A stretch of DNA of 64,000 bases, from the IMG/VR virus record IMGVR_UViG_3300050821_002544; one strand, 5' to 3'. The stretch comes from a virus. Taxonomy: Duplodnaviria; Heunggongvirae; Uroviricota; Caudoviricetes. The notes under the pieces were generated by a model. The model did not search any database and was not told the origin of the DNA. It saw only the letters and a program-made list of their open reading frames with translations. A program made the position numbers and the translations under genes. Of the stretch, positions 9,340 to 19,568 are shown piece after piece (the stretch's first letter is position 1; each line of letters starts with the position of its first letter).

Positions 9340-9366
9340 AATTAATGACTTACGCTAAATGATTGT
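9340..9366 (-). repeat. PeSL-like stem-loop element copy 2
   Basis: aattaatgacttacgctaaatgattg. Confidence 0.6.
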
Positions 9367-10056
9367 ATTTGCAGTAAATTTAAGAAATTGACCAGGATCA
9401 GCAACATTACTATCTGGTGTCATTTTCTTTCTTGCGTCTAGTGCTACTTTTTCCATTGCCTTACGAATAATTTCTTGTTTCTCTTGTTCTATTTTTTGTC
9501 TATTAAGAATCTTAATGTTCTTATAGACTTTCTTCTTCTGACGTTCAAGAATCATTTTAGGAACTTTTGATGTATAAACGATACCTTCCATATGATCGTA
9601 TTCATGGAGTATGATGCGCGCCGATAGACCAGAAAAAGTCTGTTCCTTAAATTCTCCATTCATATCCTGATATTTTATCTTAACAGATTCAGGACGCCTA
9701 ATAGGTAGAAACAAACCAGGAAACGTAAGACAACCTTCTTCAAATCCTGTCTCGCCAGTAGTTTCTAGAATCTCGGGATTAAAAAAGGCATAGCCGACAC
9801 CCTCTGAACCCATGACGAATACTCGCAAAGGAATACCACATTGATTAGCAGCAAGCCCAATACCATTACGTGCCTTCATAGTCTCAATCAATGATACTGC
9901 TAATTCACGTGCCAGAACAGGCGTGCGCGGCTGAAAAGTATCTACAAATCTAAACTCTTCTGTCTTCTGAGTTAGTATAGGATCAAATTTATCTACAAGA
10001 GGATAAATCTCATAACTATACATCTCACCATTTACATACTTAAGCAGCTTTCCCAT
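9355..10056 (-). CDS. def: Peptide deformylase with about 60-aa Lys/Glu-rich C-terminal extension
   Basis: Motifs GIGLAANQCG, EGCLTFPG and HEYDHMEG are the three PDF signature motifs. 233 aa. Confidence 0.88.
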   Translation of the reverse strand: MGKLLKYVNGEMYSYEIYPLVDKFDPILTQKTEEFRFVDTFQPRTPVLARELAVSLIETMKARNGIGLAANQCGIPLRVFVMGSEGVGYAFFNPEILETTGETGFEEGCLTFPGLFLPIRRPESVKIKYQDMNGEFKEQTFSGLSARIILHEYDHMEGIVYTSKVPKMILERQKKKVYKNIKILNRQKIEQEKQEIIRKAMEKVALDARKKMTPDSNVADPGQFLKFTANTII

Positions 10057-10333
10057 AATCTAATCCTCTTCTATTCACAACGTCTCTTTCCTTATCATAA
10101 TCTGTGTCTACCTTATCAAAATCTTCTGATTCTGCTGGTAACTTATCAAATACCCATTTGGATACTTCATCATCACCAACATAGGCAATGATTTCCTTAA
10201 TATATTCATATCCTAGTTGCTTAACACCAGTCCCTACAATTTTACTTGTTACATCCTTTCCAAATAATTGCTTTGTCGTCTTCCACCAAATTTCAACATC
10301 CGTATCGCTCTGAAAATCGGTTACATTGGACAT
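10040..10333 (-). CDS. Hypothetical acidic protein (97 aa)
   Basis: Complete ORF between gp46 and def. Confidence 0.45.
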   Translation of the reverse strand: MSNVTDFQSDTDVEIWWKTTKQLFGKDVTSKIVGTGVKQLGYEYIKEIIAYVGDDEVSKWVFDKLPAESEDFDKVDTDYDKERDVVNRRGLDYGKAA

Positions 10334-10341
10334 TTCGACTC

Positions 10342-12057
10342 CTAAGTTGAAATTCGAGAAAAATTATTGACCTTCTCAAATCTGATTACAGACCTAAATT
10401 TGTCAACCAAAATGTCACCCTTATGACTAATTACAAATACATTAGCTTCACTTCCTAGACTCTGAAGTAGCTTCATAAATTCTTCTGTTCCTGTATTATC
10501 TAGGGAACTATCAAACACCTCATCAAGAATAAGCAGATTAGTATCCATACTATTCTTCATCTTAGCAATAGAACGCCATGTGAACAATAATGCAAGATCA
10601 ATACGCATCTTCTCACCCTCAGAAAAGTTCTGATATGAAAATGTATCTCTATGACGAGATTTGATAGTCTCGTTGAATTCTTCATCAATCTCAAAGTTCA
10701 CAAAGAAGTCCATCGCTGCCAAGTATTTATTGATTAGCTTATTGATTACCGGCAGATATTGTCTGATAATCTTAGTCTTAATACCATTATCTTTAAGAAG
10801 TGTGAAAGCGACATCAAGATACTTTCGATCATCGACAATCTTCTTACGAATCTCAGATAATGATTCTAAGTCTTTTACAAGGTCTTCTGATACTTTAAGC
10901 ATATCATTAGATAACACTTTCTTATTTGCCAATTCGTTAATTTCATTTTGTAGTTTAGACATATATTGTTGAATCTGAACCACAGAAGCATTAATACGAG
11001 TCAATTCCGATTGATGTGAATGTATCTTTTTCTGTATTGCTTCTATATCAGAAAGTGTCTCGTATATCTTATTGGTTTGTTTGGCAATCTTATCTAGACC
11101 ATCCTTAAACTCTCGTATTTCTGTATTGGCACCTTCTATTGCAAATTTCTTAAAATTTGCATCAATATCCTGCATACATGTTGGACAATTATCATGATCT
11201 GTATAAAAATTATAATGCTTTGCAGCAACTTTTAATTTTTGTTCTATTTTAGATTCTAATGAATGGAGAGTTGTGATCTTTTCCTTAAGTATTTTTTCAT
11301 CTGATACTTTAGTCATCAAACCGTCTATATGTTTCTGGACCAAAGAAGCATTCAGAACCAATGTATTAACGTAAGTCTCATTGGTCTTATATTCGATAGT
11401 TTTCTTCTCTATCTGCTCTCCAGAATTCTTCCTGGCTTCTTCAACATACTTCTTTTGTAGTTCAATTTTCGATAGAGTTGAATCTAGCTTAATTTTAGTA
11501 TCATGGATATCATTCTTAATTTGATTAAGCTTACTCTTCACGATAGTATTCATAGAAGAGAAGATTCGGATATCCAATAGGTCTTCTATGACACCACGAC
11601 GATCCGCCGCCTCTAGCTGCATGAATGGAATGAAAGAACTACTTCCTAGAATTACAATCTGAGTGAATGCTCGATAGTTAAACTTAAGGATATTGGTTTC
11701 TAGATATGCCTGATAGTCTGTAGCACGTGCATCCTGCTTCTGTATCTCACCATCAATATAGATATTGAACACAGCGGGTTTAATACCACGTTCTATCTTA
11801 TATTCTTTATTTCCTATACGGAAATCTAATTCTACCAGGCATTCTTTCTCATTGATAGAGTTTACTAGTTCTGGTTTATTAATACCTCTAAATGACTTTC
11901 CAAATAGAGCAAACGTGAGGGCATCTAACAATGTAGATTTACCGGCACCATTGACACCCACGATCAAAGTATTTGGAGTCTTATCTAATAAAACATTAGT
12001 CCAAATATTACCGGTAGAGAGAAAATTCTTAAATCTAATCTTACGAAAGTATATCAT
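10342..12057 (-). CDS. 46: Recombination endonuclease subunit gp46 (SbcC/Rad50-like ATPase)
   Basis: N-terminal FRKIRFKNFLS...VGVNGAGKSTLLDALTFALFGK is a Rad50-type Walker A. C-terminal LLILDEVFDS. 571 aa. Confidence 0.9.
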   Translation of the reverse strand: MIYFRKIRFKNFLSTGNIWTNVLLDKTPNTLIVGVNGAGKSTLLDALTFALFGKSFRGINKPELVNSINEKECLVELDFRIGNKEYKIERGIKPAVFNIYIDGEIQKQDARATDYQAYLETNILKFNYRAFTQIVILGSSSFIPFMQLEAADRRGVIEDLLDIRIFSSMNTIVKSKLNQIKNDIHDTKIKLDSTLSKIELQKKYVEEARKNSGEQIEKKTIEYKTNETYVNTLVLNASLVQKHIDGLMTKVSDEKILKEKITTLHSLESKIEQKLKVAAKHYNFYTDHDNCPTCMQDIDANFKKFAIEGANTEIREFKDGLDKIAKQTNKIYETLSDIEAIQKKIHSHQSELTRINASVVQIQQYMSKLQNEINELANKKVLSNDMLKVSEDLVKDLESLSEIRKKIVDDRKYLDVAFTLLKDNGIKTKIIRQYLPVINKLINKYLAAMDFFVNFEIDEEFNETIKSRHRDTFSYQNFSEGEKMRIDLALLFTWRSIAKMKNSMDTNLLILDEVFDSSLDNTGTEEFMKLLQSLGSEANVFVISHKGDILVDKFRSVIRFEKVNNFSRIST

Positions 12058-13118
12058 CTGTTCTCTTGGGAGATTGCTTCATTATATATCTCATGCAGAA
12101 TATTTTTCATCTTAATTTTATCTAATCCTAATTCTGTGGAATCTACAAACTTATCTAAAATATCTGTAGTAGAATCTGCCTGATTAATAATATCACCTTC
12201 TATCAGTTCATTATAGTCAGTGAAATCTTCTACGATAGTAATATCCAATGGTTGAGACTTATATAAACCATCCATGAAACGATCAAACAATACAGGATTA
12301 TTCTTGCAGGCAACGATAGTCTTTACGATCACACCATTATATGGAGAAAAATCTTTCTCCATCACAGACTCAAGAGTTTCTATACTATCATCATAAACAA
12401 CTTTGTGAAACATCTTATATGGATTCTCTATGAATTCTATATCAAGAGTTTTTGTATCAAATATATGAAAGCCGCGCTTATCTCCATAATCTGCCCATGT
12501 CATTTCATAGGTGTTTCCTAGATAGGAAATATGACCGTCAGAAGAACGATGATGAAAATGACCTGTATATACTGTTTCAAATTTCGAGAAATTCTCTCGT
12601 GCCATTCCAGTTGTGCAGATGTTTCCTCGGTCCATTTCGAAGCCCGCAATTTCAAGATGACCCATAGCCACGGTAGCAGGAGTATTAGCGATAAAAGACT
12701 TTGTTGACTCATAGTTACTTGCATTGATCCATGGAATAAATGCAATATCTATCCCGCCACGTTGCAATGTCTGACATTCGGATATTACATTCAAATGAGA
12801 ATGATTAGAAAATAGTTCTCTAATAGCATTTACTTCATTTGTATTACGATAAGGTACATCATGGTTTCCCACGATTACATCCACATATGTATTATGTGGA
12901 ATGCGCTCTATGAATCTTGTTCTTAGAGAATGTAGAGTCTGAAAATTAATAAACTTACGACGATCTACTACATCACCCAAATGAATAATATGATCGATAT
13001 TATGATTTTCAATATATGGAAAGAAAACACCTTCCCAGAATTTAAAGAAAAACTCATTAAAAGCGGGGGAATCATTTCTTCCGCCGAAATGCGTGTCAGT
13101 GATTAAGGCAATTTTCAA
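12054..13118 (-). CDS. 47: Recombination endonuclease subunit gp47 (Mre11/SbcD-like phosphoesterase)
   Basis: MKIALITDTHFGGRND, LGDVVDRR and GNHD calcineurin-like motifs. ATGA overlap with gp46. Confidence 0.9.
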   Translation of the reverse strand: MKIALITDTHFGGRNDSPAFNEFFFKFWEGVFFPYIENHNIDHIIHLGDVVDRRKFINFQTLHSLRTRFIERIPHNTYVDVIVGNHDVPYRNTNEVNAIRELFSNHSHLNVISECQTLQRGGIDIAFIPWINASNYESTKSFIANTPATVAMGHLEIAGFEMDRGNICTTGMARENFSKFETVYTGHFHHRSSDGHISYLGNTYEMTWADYGDKRGFHIFDTKTLDIEFIENPYKMFHKVVYDDSIETLESVMEKDFSPYNGVIVKTIVACKNNPVLFDRFMDGLYKSQPLDITIVEDFTDYNELIEGDIINQADSTTDILDKFVDSTELGLDKIKMKNILHEIYNEAISQENR

Positions 13119-13483
13119 ACTTTATACTCCACAACCCAAACACCGGTATTCTTGCAAATCTTCATCATATCAGAAGTTCCTCTTCCACCAGGAAAAGCAC
13201 AAAGTCTATCAATACCTGACATTAGCATTTGTCTGTTTCTTGCAGGACCAGCAGAATTACCGTAGCGATCCCAATCGGCATGGAATACTTTCATTGCCAC
13301 ATTATTATAGACGCCCCATGCTTCTGCTTGTTCATCGGCACCTCTAGCACCACCAACAATTAAAAATATTTTGGCACCCACAGTTTCTATACTATGCTTT
13401 ACATTATATAACACATCGAAAACCAACTGAGAATTCTCATGGTTTCTACCACCAGTCACGGCAATGCGCAAGTATTCTTTCAC
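13115..13483 (-). CDS. DUF2493/SLOG-like Rossmann-fold protein
   Basis: 122 aa. IAVTGGRN...LIVGGARGADEQAEAWG is the GxxGAD motif of the SLOG/DprA-like superfamily. Confidence 0.5.
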   Translation of the reverse strand: MKEYLRIAVTGGRNHENSQLVFDVLYNVKHSIETVGAKIFLIVGGARGADEQAEAWGVYNNVAMKVFHADWDRYGNSAGPARNRQMLMSGIDRLCAFPGGRGTSDMMKICKNTGVWVVEYKV

Positions 13484-13947
13484 TTCTTCAAATACTCTAT
13501 AGCCGAATTAAGATAATCAATATTATCACAAAATTGTCCAAGACCTATATTACATCTTGAACATAGTAAACCTCTAACATGTCCGGTTATATGACAATGG
13601 TCAACAGCTAACATTCTATATGTTATACACGATTGTTTGCAAATAGCACATACACCATTTTGTTGCTCAAACATTTCATTATATTGTTCTACAGTAATAC
13701 CAAATAAAGTTTTGAGTTTAGTATTTCTTACTTTATCTGGATTTTTAATTACATAATCTTTTGTTTTTTGATTCCACGCTTTCCTACCAATTTTTAAAAT
13801 AATAGTATTAGTTCTTTCTTTAGCACATTCTACACAATGAGAACCCCTTACATACCTCTCTGCTAGATGAGCATACTTACATGGTTTTCCAGTATAATAT
13901 CGGTCCTTATTCAAGGACATTGCATGTTTTCTTACTATTATTTTCAT
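13480..13947 (-). CDS. Endonuclease VII-family (HNH-like) nuclease
   Basis: C-terminal LAVDHCHITGHVRGLLCSRCNIGLG matches the Endonuclease_7 signature (DHDHxTGxVRGLLCxxCNxxLG). Confidence 0.7.
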   Translation of the reverse strand: MKIIVRKHAMSLNKDRYYTGKPCKYAHLAERYVRGSHCVECAKERTNTIILKIGRKAWNQKTKDYVIKNPDKVRNTKLKTLFGITVEQYNEMFEQQNGVCAICKQSCITYRMLAVDHCHITGHVRGLLCSRCNIGLGQFCDNIDYLNSAIEYLKK

Positions 13948-13971
13948 CGATCTATTATACAGGTTAATAGA

Positions 13972-14523
13972 TCATACGTCAAGTGTAGGTGGTTGATCTT
14001 CCAAGAAGATATCCAACTTGACTTTCTTGTCCTTCTTCTTACGTTCCTTTGCCTCTTCGAATCTACCTATGAAATCCGATATATTCTCATATAATTCAAA
14101 CTGTGCCGTAGTACCATCATCGTTCTCATGCTGTTCCATATCTCCCAAGACTCCATGATGTTCCGTCGCCTTATACTTGGCATATAATTGCTTCTTTTCC
14201 TTAAGAATACGTCTAAGAAATGCATAATAGATAATCTGAGTAAAATATGCAAATGGATTCTTTGATTTCTTTGGATCAAAATTATCAAAATACATAATAC
14301 AGTTTTCTATACCATCACCTATCATATCCTCCTTCCATGTAAATCCATTGAAGTTAGGTTTATGAGCAAGATTTTCTGCAATCAAAAGAAGACACTTTCC
14401 TACATAATCAGGAATTACCGGTTTTGGTTTTCCTTCTCTCTTTGCCTCTTTTACATCTTTCTTATATTGGATAATTGCCTTTAACAAATCTCCATTGTTG
14501 ACATAATGCGATGCTTTCGCCAT
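13972..14523 (-). CDS. 55: Late sigma factor gp55
   Basis: MAKASHYVNNGDLLKAIIQYKKDV resembles the T4 gp55 N-terminus, and NPFAYFTQIIYYAFLRRILKEKK resembles the corresponding T4 segment. 183 aa. Confidence 0.88.
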   Translation of the reverse strand: MAKASHYVNNGDLLKAIIQYKKDVKEAKREGKPKPVIPDYVGKCLLLIAENLAHKPNFNGFTWKEDMIGDGIENCIMYFDNFDPKKSKNPFAYFTQIIYYAFLRRILKEKKQLYAKYKATEHHGVLGDMEQHENDDGTTAQFELYENISDFIGRFEEAKERKKKDKKVKLDIFLEDQPPTLDV

Positions 14524-14660
14524 AATATAATTCCTCTTTCATATTGCTGCATTGCAGCGTAACTATTTGCTTAAATCTACTTGACTTTTACTATAAAAAC
14601 CATTAACATAGGTGTGTAGGCTTTGATGTGGATCTACGGAAGATACTTTTAGATACCTTA

Positions 14661-15071
14661 TTATTCTTTAAGAACCGTAGGGCGGAAACTAACAACATTG
14701 CTACCTTTATTCTGTTCTAGTTCAGAAAGCTTCTGTGCCGTAGAACTTGTGACTACTGGTTTTGTAGCAAATGCAATTTCTACGATCCCGTCATAATAAT
14801 CTTTAATCTCTGGTTCTATCTCATTAACAAGAATCAGATTCTCTGTCTTTAGATCGGCAGTGTTGCCTATGGCAATTCCTTGTGGAATCCATGGATAGAG
14901 AACTAATGTCTGACGATTCTCTTCTAGTTCAATATTATTGAGAATCAACATAGGATTTTTGATAGTGATTTTTCTAGGAGAAGTTTTGAGTACTTCTGCA
15001 ATTAGATCATCTCCTGTCAATAGACGAATGAAACAAACCTTATTACTTTTTACTACTGCTTCTTCTGTCAT
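14661..15071 (-). CDS. Hypothetical protein (136 aa)
   Basis: Complete ORF between gp55 and uvsW. Confidence 0.45.
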   Translation of the reverse strand: MTEEAVVKSNKVCFIRLLTGDDLIAEVLKTSPRKITIKNPMLILNNIELEENRQTLVLYPWIPQGIAIGNTADLKTENLILVNEIEPEIKDYYDGIVEIAFATKPVVTSSTAQKLSELEQNKGSNVVSFRPTVLKE

Positions 15072-15080
15072 ACGATTCTC

Positions 15081-16580
15081 CTATTTTAATTCTATTGAAT
15101 AATTAGATATTTTAAATTCTTCTGATTTGTATATTTTTACACGAGCAGCAAAATGCTTGAGTGTAAAATTAATAAAATCATCAATTCTAAGATCGTCTGC
15201 TATATCGTATAATGTCATTGTGGATTTGGATTCGCTTAGTCTGAGTCCTCTTCCTATTGACTGTAGTACTCGTACCTTTGATTTCGAAGGAGATGCGAAT
15301 ATAATATTATGTAGGTTACGTATATTGACACCAGTAGAAAAGACTCCATAGGATGCCACAATAATAGCATCGGTTTCCTTTTCTACAATTTCACGAACAG
15401 CCTCGCGTTCTTCTGTTTCTGTTGCACCATGAATATAGAATACTTTTCTATTTTTTGCAACCTTTGAATTTATTAATTGAAATAGTTTCTCTCCATGAGC
15501 TTCTACTCGCTGAAATAAAAGTAAAGAATTGCCTTTTAAAGATACAGCAAGATTACCTACGAATTTATTGCGTGGTTCTGATCCTATCAGATATGATATT
15601 TCTTTCTGGTAGGCTTCGATGGACCATTTGCTAACGATATGACATATTTCTTTTGGATGTTTAAGTATAAGACATTTGATCGAAAGTTCAGCCGCTTGTT
15701 TTTCATCTATCATTCTCTTTGTTGTTGTTAGTTTAGAATTTGGACCAAATAGTCCCTCAATGACCAATTTATGAACCTTCCATGAATCTAGTGTTCCGGT
15801 AGTTCCTATACGATACTTAGCATTCACCATCTTACACATCATTTTCTTCAAGGATTCTGCCTTGAATCCATGTGCCTCATCGCCAAATACAAAATCAAAT
15901 TTAGTAAAGAAACTATTATCTTTGATTTCATTCAGAGATTGCCATGTGGATATTGTGAGAGGTTTATCATTATGTCTCTCATAACCAGAATATATACGAT
16001 GGACATTTCCTGATACATCCCATGTGTCATGTGCATAATCATCAAAGTCAGATTTCATCTGTTCTACTAGAGAAGTAGTAGGAACTATTATTAAACCCTT
16101 CTTACATTCTTTTTCTAATAGATGGCGCATTATCACATAGATCATATAACTCTTACCAGATGCAGTAGGAGAAAGCATGAGCATGCGCTTGTAACGGATC
16201 GCCTTGGCAATCCCTACTAGCTGATAGTCTCTAGGAGTCAATGGCTTGCCCTGTGACCAGACATCTAGTCTCTTGACTAGCTCGGTAGTCTCTTCTATTG
16301 AAAAGGCGTTCAGGAGCCCTATACGTGGCTCTACGTTGATTGTATAGTTGCGTTCGGTTGCGAATGTTATTAAGTAACGTATAAGACCGGCATAGAGTTG
16401 ACGTGTGATCTTATGATAAAGACGTATCTTACCATCCCATTTCTTTGCTTTATAAGCAGGACTCCATTGATAGCCAGGAGAATAGAATGTAAAGAATTGA
16501 GATAATTCTTCCATGATGTGATCTTCACATAGGACTTTTACATATACCTCACTGACATATTCAACGAATATATCTGTCAC
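15081..16580 (-). CDS. uvsW: UvsW-like DNA helicase (SF2, DEAH)
   Basis: Walker A LSPTASGKSYM, DEAH box FGDEAHGF. 499 aa. Immediately downstream of uvsY, as in T4-like phages. Confidence 0.85.
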   Translation of the reverse strand: MTDIFVEYVSEVYVKVLCEDHIMEELSQFFTFYSPGYQWSPAYKAKKWDGKIRLYHKITRQLYAGLIRYLITFATERNYTINVEPRIGLLNAFSIEETTELVKRLDVWSQGKPLTPRDYQLVGIAKAIRYKRMLMLSPTASGKSYMIYVIMRHLLEKECKKGLIIVPTTSLVEQMKSDFDDYAHDTWDVSGNVHRIYSGYERHNDKPLTISTWQSLNEIKDNSFFTKFDFVFGDEAHGFKAESLKKMMCKMVNAKYRIGTTGTLDSWKVHKLVIEGLFGPNSKLTTTKRMIDEKQAAELSIKCLILKHPKEICHIVSKWSIEAYQKEISYLIGSEPRNKFVGNLAVSLKGNSLLLFQRVEAHGEKLFQLINSKVAKNRKVFYIHGATETEEREAVREIVEKETDAIIVASYGVFSTGVNIRNLHNIIFASPSKSKVRVLQSIGRGLRLSESKSTMTLYDIADDLRIDDFINFTLKHFAARVKIYKSEEFKISNYSIELK

Positions 16581-16581
16581 T

Positions 16582-17034
16582 TTATGTGCCTAACTTATAC
16601 TTTGCATAATCAAGATATGCTTTTATAGAAATAGAACGATCATGAACCTGATAACATACTAATTGACAGAAGTTCATTGCATCCTCATGGACACCAATTT
16701 CTTCTTCTATTTTTGCAAGGTCTTTATCGGCAGAAAGATGCGTATCTAGATCACTCTTACTCTTAAGCTTGTATGGAAATGGTTCCCATCCGGTAGTATC
16801 GATATCTTTCTTATTATTAAGATTACCCTGATAGTAATCCGTCTTCAATCTGAGCATTTCTGCCTTTCTTGCTCTTGCCTTTCGTAATGCCTGAGAATGA
16901 ATAACAAGCTGAGAAGCATATTTTGAATGAAGATTAGGAAGCTTGAGTAGATCGTTTTCTGGATCAGTCTTGTTTGGTTTTGCGTCTTCTTCCCATGATA
17001 TAATAAGATTCGCAAGAGAAATAGGAGCTAACAT
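16582..17034 (-). CDS. uvsY: Recombination mediator UvsY
   Basis: KYASQLVIHSQALRKARARKAEMLRLKTDYYQG and LSADKDLAKI resemble T4 UvsY segments as I recall them. 150 aa. Confidence 0.8.
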   Translation of the reverse strand: MLAPISLANLIISWEEDAKPNKTDPENDLLKLPNLHSKYASQLVIHSQALRKARARKAEMLRLKTDYYQGNLNNKKDIDTTGWEPFPYKLKSKSDLDTHLSADKDLAKIEEEIGVHEDAMNFCQLVCYQVHDRSISIKAYLDYAKYKLGT

Positions 17035-17103
17035 TTTTAGATCACCATATACATTAATTATAGAATCCCTATTCTACCACAATATAGTACTATTGTAAAG
17101 TGA

Positions 17104-17631
17104 TTACATGCGATTTATATCATAGTTTGTAAACATGAATGATGCAGTACCGGTAAGAATATTGGTTGCAGGAAGTGATGTATCAAATTCTATACTAGAA
17201 ACACTGATAGGGAATACATCAATAAATCGAACTTCTACGATAGGATTATTCTTATTAGTAAGGATAGTAAGAGTAGCATCTGAATATTGTGGCGTACTTC
17301 CTACCTGCTGTAGTTTCTGCTGTAATGTTAGATTCTTATATTGATCGAAATTCTCAGGAAATGTTATTCCCTTGATCCAATCCTGAATAGTAGTCCAGGC
17401 ATATAATGGTTCATCTATTAAGAATGTAATAGTAAGAGGTTCATAGATCATCTTATCCCCAGGAACAGGACGATCTATGAACGGATTTTGTTGAGTTGCA
17501 TTACCAGAATTGATACCAGGAATGTTTGCCTTCGTACAAAAATATGTAACAAACGGTAGACGATCAAATGCTAACGCAAACTTAGATGCCTGCGCAAGAT
17601 TGGTATTATTAGGTGTCAATGATAATGACAT
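17104..17631 (-). CDS. Putative tail completion / sheath stabiliser (gp3-like, by position and size)
   Basis: 175 aa. Located between the gp23-side structural genes and uvsY, where T4-like cyanophages place gp3. No strong motif. Confidence 0.35.
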   Translation of the reverse strand: MSLSLTPNNTNLAQASKFALAFDRLPFVTYFCTKANIPGINSGNATQQNPFIDRPVPGDKMIYEPLTITFLIDEPLYAWTTIQDWIKGITFPENFDQYKNLTLQQKLQQVGSTPQYSDATLTILTNKNNPIVEVRFIDVFPISVSSIEFDTSLPATNILTGTASFMFTNYDINRM

Positions 17632-17662
17632 ATTATGTTAACTTAACCTATTAAGAATTATG

Positions 17663-17992
17663 TTAAGCTACGTTTCCTGCTGTGCCAGTCTTTGGAGGTA
17701 ACATTGAAAATGCATTCGCAGTAACAGTGGTAGTTCTCATAGGTTGATTCTTCTTAGGCTGTACTGGACCATTATACTTGAACACATGACCCTTATATTC
17801 TACTACAGGATTCTTGTCTAGTTTTGCATCTTCTGTAAGAATCTGTTGACGAGTTCCTACAAGATATAATCTACGACCGGCTTCATCGAAGAATTGAGTT
17901 TTGAATGCATCAGTAGGAAGATACCATTCTTCAATCTGATTGATTCCGGTTGGACCTTCATTTCCAATATATTTTACTGCTACTAGTGACAT
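17663..17992 (-). CDS. Hypothetical protein (109 aa)
   Basis: Complete ORF in the structural region. Confidence 0.4.
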   Translation of the reverse strand: MSLVAVKYIGNEGPTGINQIEEWYLPTDAFKTQFFDEAGRRLYLVGTRQQILTEDAKLDKNPVVEYKGHVFKYNGPVQPKKNQPMRTTTVTANAFSMLPPKTGTAGNVA

Positions 17993-18002
17993 AATTAATT
18001 CC

Positions 18003-18689
18003 TTATTTTAGGTTAAAAATACCTGGACCAAATGCATCAGAAAAAATTCCTTCAACAATTTGACTTTCAATTAAATTTTGTTGGGTAAATTCTGGTGATC
18101 TAGATGTTGTACTTGCTTTTGTTATAAAATCAAAATTATTTATATAATAGTTAGGTACCTTACGTTTCATAGCATTATATGCATAAATCCAAAGATCACC
18201 AACGAATATCTTAAGAGTTATTGGTATAGGACAAAATGCTTTTTTATGAAAAAACATCAACATACCATAATCACGAGGATACTTAATATTGGGTTCTAAT
18301 GCAACTGTTAATTCGATTTTTTTATCTAAAATTGACCCCATTTCTCCAATATAACAATTTGGACCTATTCCAAATATACCATTATCCGGTATTATGTATT
18401 CATTTATTTGTTCAAAGATATTTGTATGAAAAATTGTATCATCACTTAAAAAACAAATCTTATCAAATTTCGATTGACTAACACCATACGTCCACGCCGG
18501 ATTTACAAAAATATTAGGACCGCTGTATATAGTTCTAATTTTTGGGTGTTTTAGAACTCTAGTTTTAGATGGATCGTTGTTTATTAATAGTAATTCACCT
18601 ATTAGCGGATTATCTAGTATTTTTTGTCTTCCTATCATAATATCTAGAGCATGAGAACGCCACATTGTGGGACAAATTACACTAAACAT
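18003..18689 (-). CDS. GT2-like glycosyltransferase, paralog A
   Basis: VICPTMWRS...LLINNDPSKT...NIFVNPAWTYGVSQSKFDKICFLSDD. Paralogous to 55639-56247 (VIIPTMWRS...FLINNDAAKT...NIYVNPAFNIGVKHSHFDHIVLLQDD). DD(DxD-like) motif present. Confidence 0.55.
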   Translation of the reverse strand: MFSVICPTMWRSHALDIMIGRQKILDNPLIGELLLINNDPSKTRVLKHPKIRTIYSGPNIFVNPAWTYGVSQSKFDKICFLSDDTIFHTNIFEQINEYIIPDNGIFGIGPNCYIGEMGSILDKKIELTVALEPNIKYPRDYGMLMFFHKKAFCPIPITLKIFVGDLWIYAYNAMKRKVPNYYINNFDFITKASTTSRSPEFTQQNLIESQIVEGIFSDAFGPGIFNLK

Positions 18690-19513
18690 TATGAAAGATA
18701 TTCTATTAAACCAACATAAACATTTGATGTGCCACCCGATCTATTATCCCAAAAATAAGCTCCATACCACGTGTTGGCTTCTCCACTACCAGGACCGCCA
18801 GATGAATCATAATGGTTAACTTGTATGGTATGAGACACACTAAGATAATTATCTACTTCTGTATTCATTGTACCATAACCCCAAATAAAATGATTATTTG
18901 CTGGACCAAATATATCTAATAAATTGGTGGTTGTGTTACTTGTATTTGTTGAGCAAATTGCTATATTTGCATTGGTTCCTGTACTTATTACAGTGACTAG
19001 TATTTCTCCGATTATATAGGGTGGAGCTACTTGAGGACTAGGAGCTACGGAATAAGGTCCGGTTGGATAACCCGGATAACCATTATATTGCGCGCCACTA
19101 TTATTAGCTTCCCAAGCTAACATATCAGCATATGCATTAGATTGAGTTATAATATTATTATTACCAAATAATACTGAATCACTAATATTACCATTCGCGC
19201 CAACATGTATACTTAGATCGTATGAAGGCAGGTTCAATTGTCCAACTTGAATTGATAATGTTATTCTAACTATATCACCAACAGATAAAGTATTGGCACC
19301 TAAAAATAAAGGTGGACCTATCAAAGATGCTGTATTTCCAATATGGGTAATACCACCATTTGATGTAGAAGAATATGATGTTATATTAGGTAAATCATTA
19401 GCTACTAATGTTCTGAATGCTGGTTGTCCAGTAGAACCATCAGGAGATGCCAATACTAAATTCTTAGTTTGATCTGCGAAAATTGTCATAGAATACCTAT
19501 TAAAAACAGGCAA
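18689..19513 (-). CDS. Virion structural protein (274 aa; Asn/Ser/Thr/Gly-rich)
   Basis: Composition is fibre/decoration-like. In the structural cluster, 1-nt overlap with the glycosyltransferase gene. Confidence 0.5.
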   Translation of the reverse strand: MPVFNRYSMTIFADQTKNLVLASPDGSTGQPAFRTLVANDLPNITSYSSTSNGGITHIGNTASLIGPPLFLGANTLSVGDIVRITLSIQVGQLNLPSYDLSIHVGANGNISDSVLFGNNNIITQSNAYADMLAWEANNSGAQYNGYPGYPTGPYSVAPSPQVAPPYIIGEILVTVISTGTNANIAICSTNTSNTTTNLLDIFGPANNHFIWGYGTMNTEVDNYLSVSHTIQVNHYDSSGGPGSGEANTWYGAYFWDNRSGGTSNVYVGLIEYLS

Positions 19514-19560
19514 TATTGCCTATATGTATTTAGGTGAATCCCACGTCTTAGGTGGGATTC
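19501..19560 (-). terminator. Compound hairpin terminator (gaatcccacCTAAGACgtgggattc plus ggcaatattgcc-TTTTT)
   Basis: 25-nt perfect hairpin with the same 7-nt loop as the gp23 terminator, then a second palindrome followed by a T-run on the minus strand. Confidence 0.55.
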
Positions 19561-19568
19561 TTATAATA

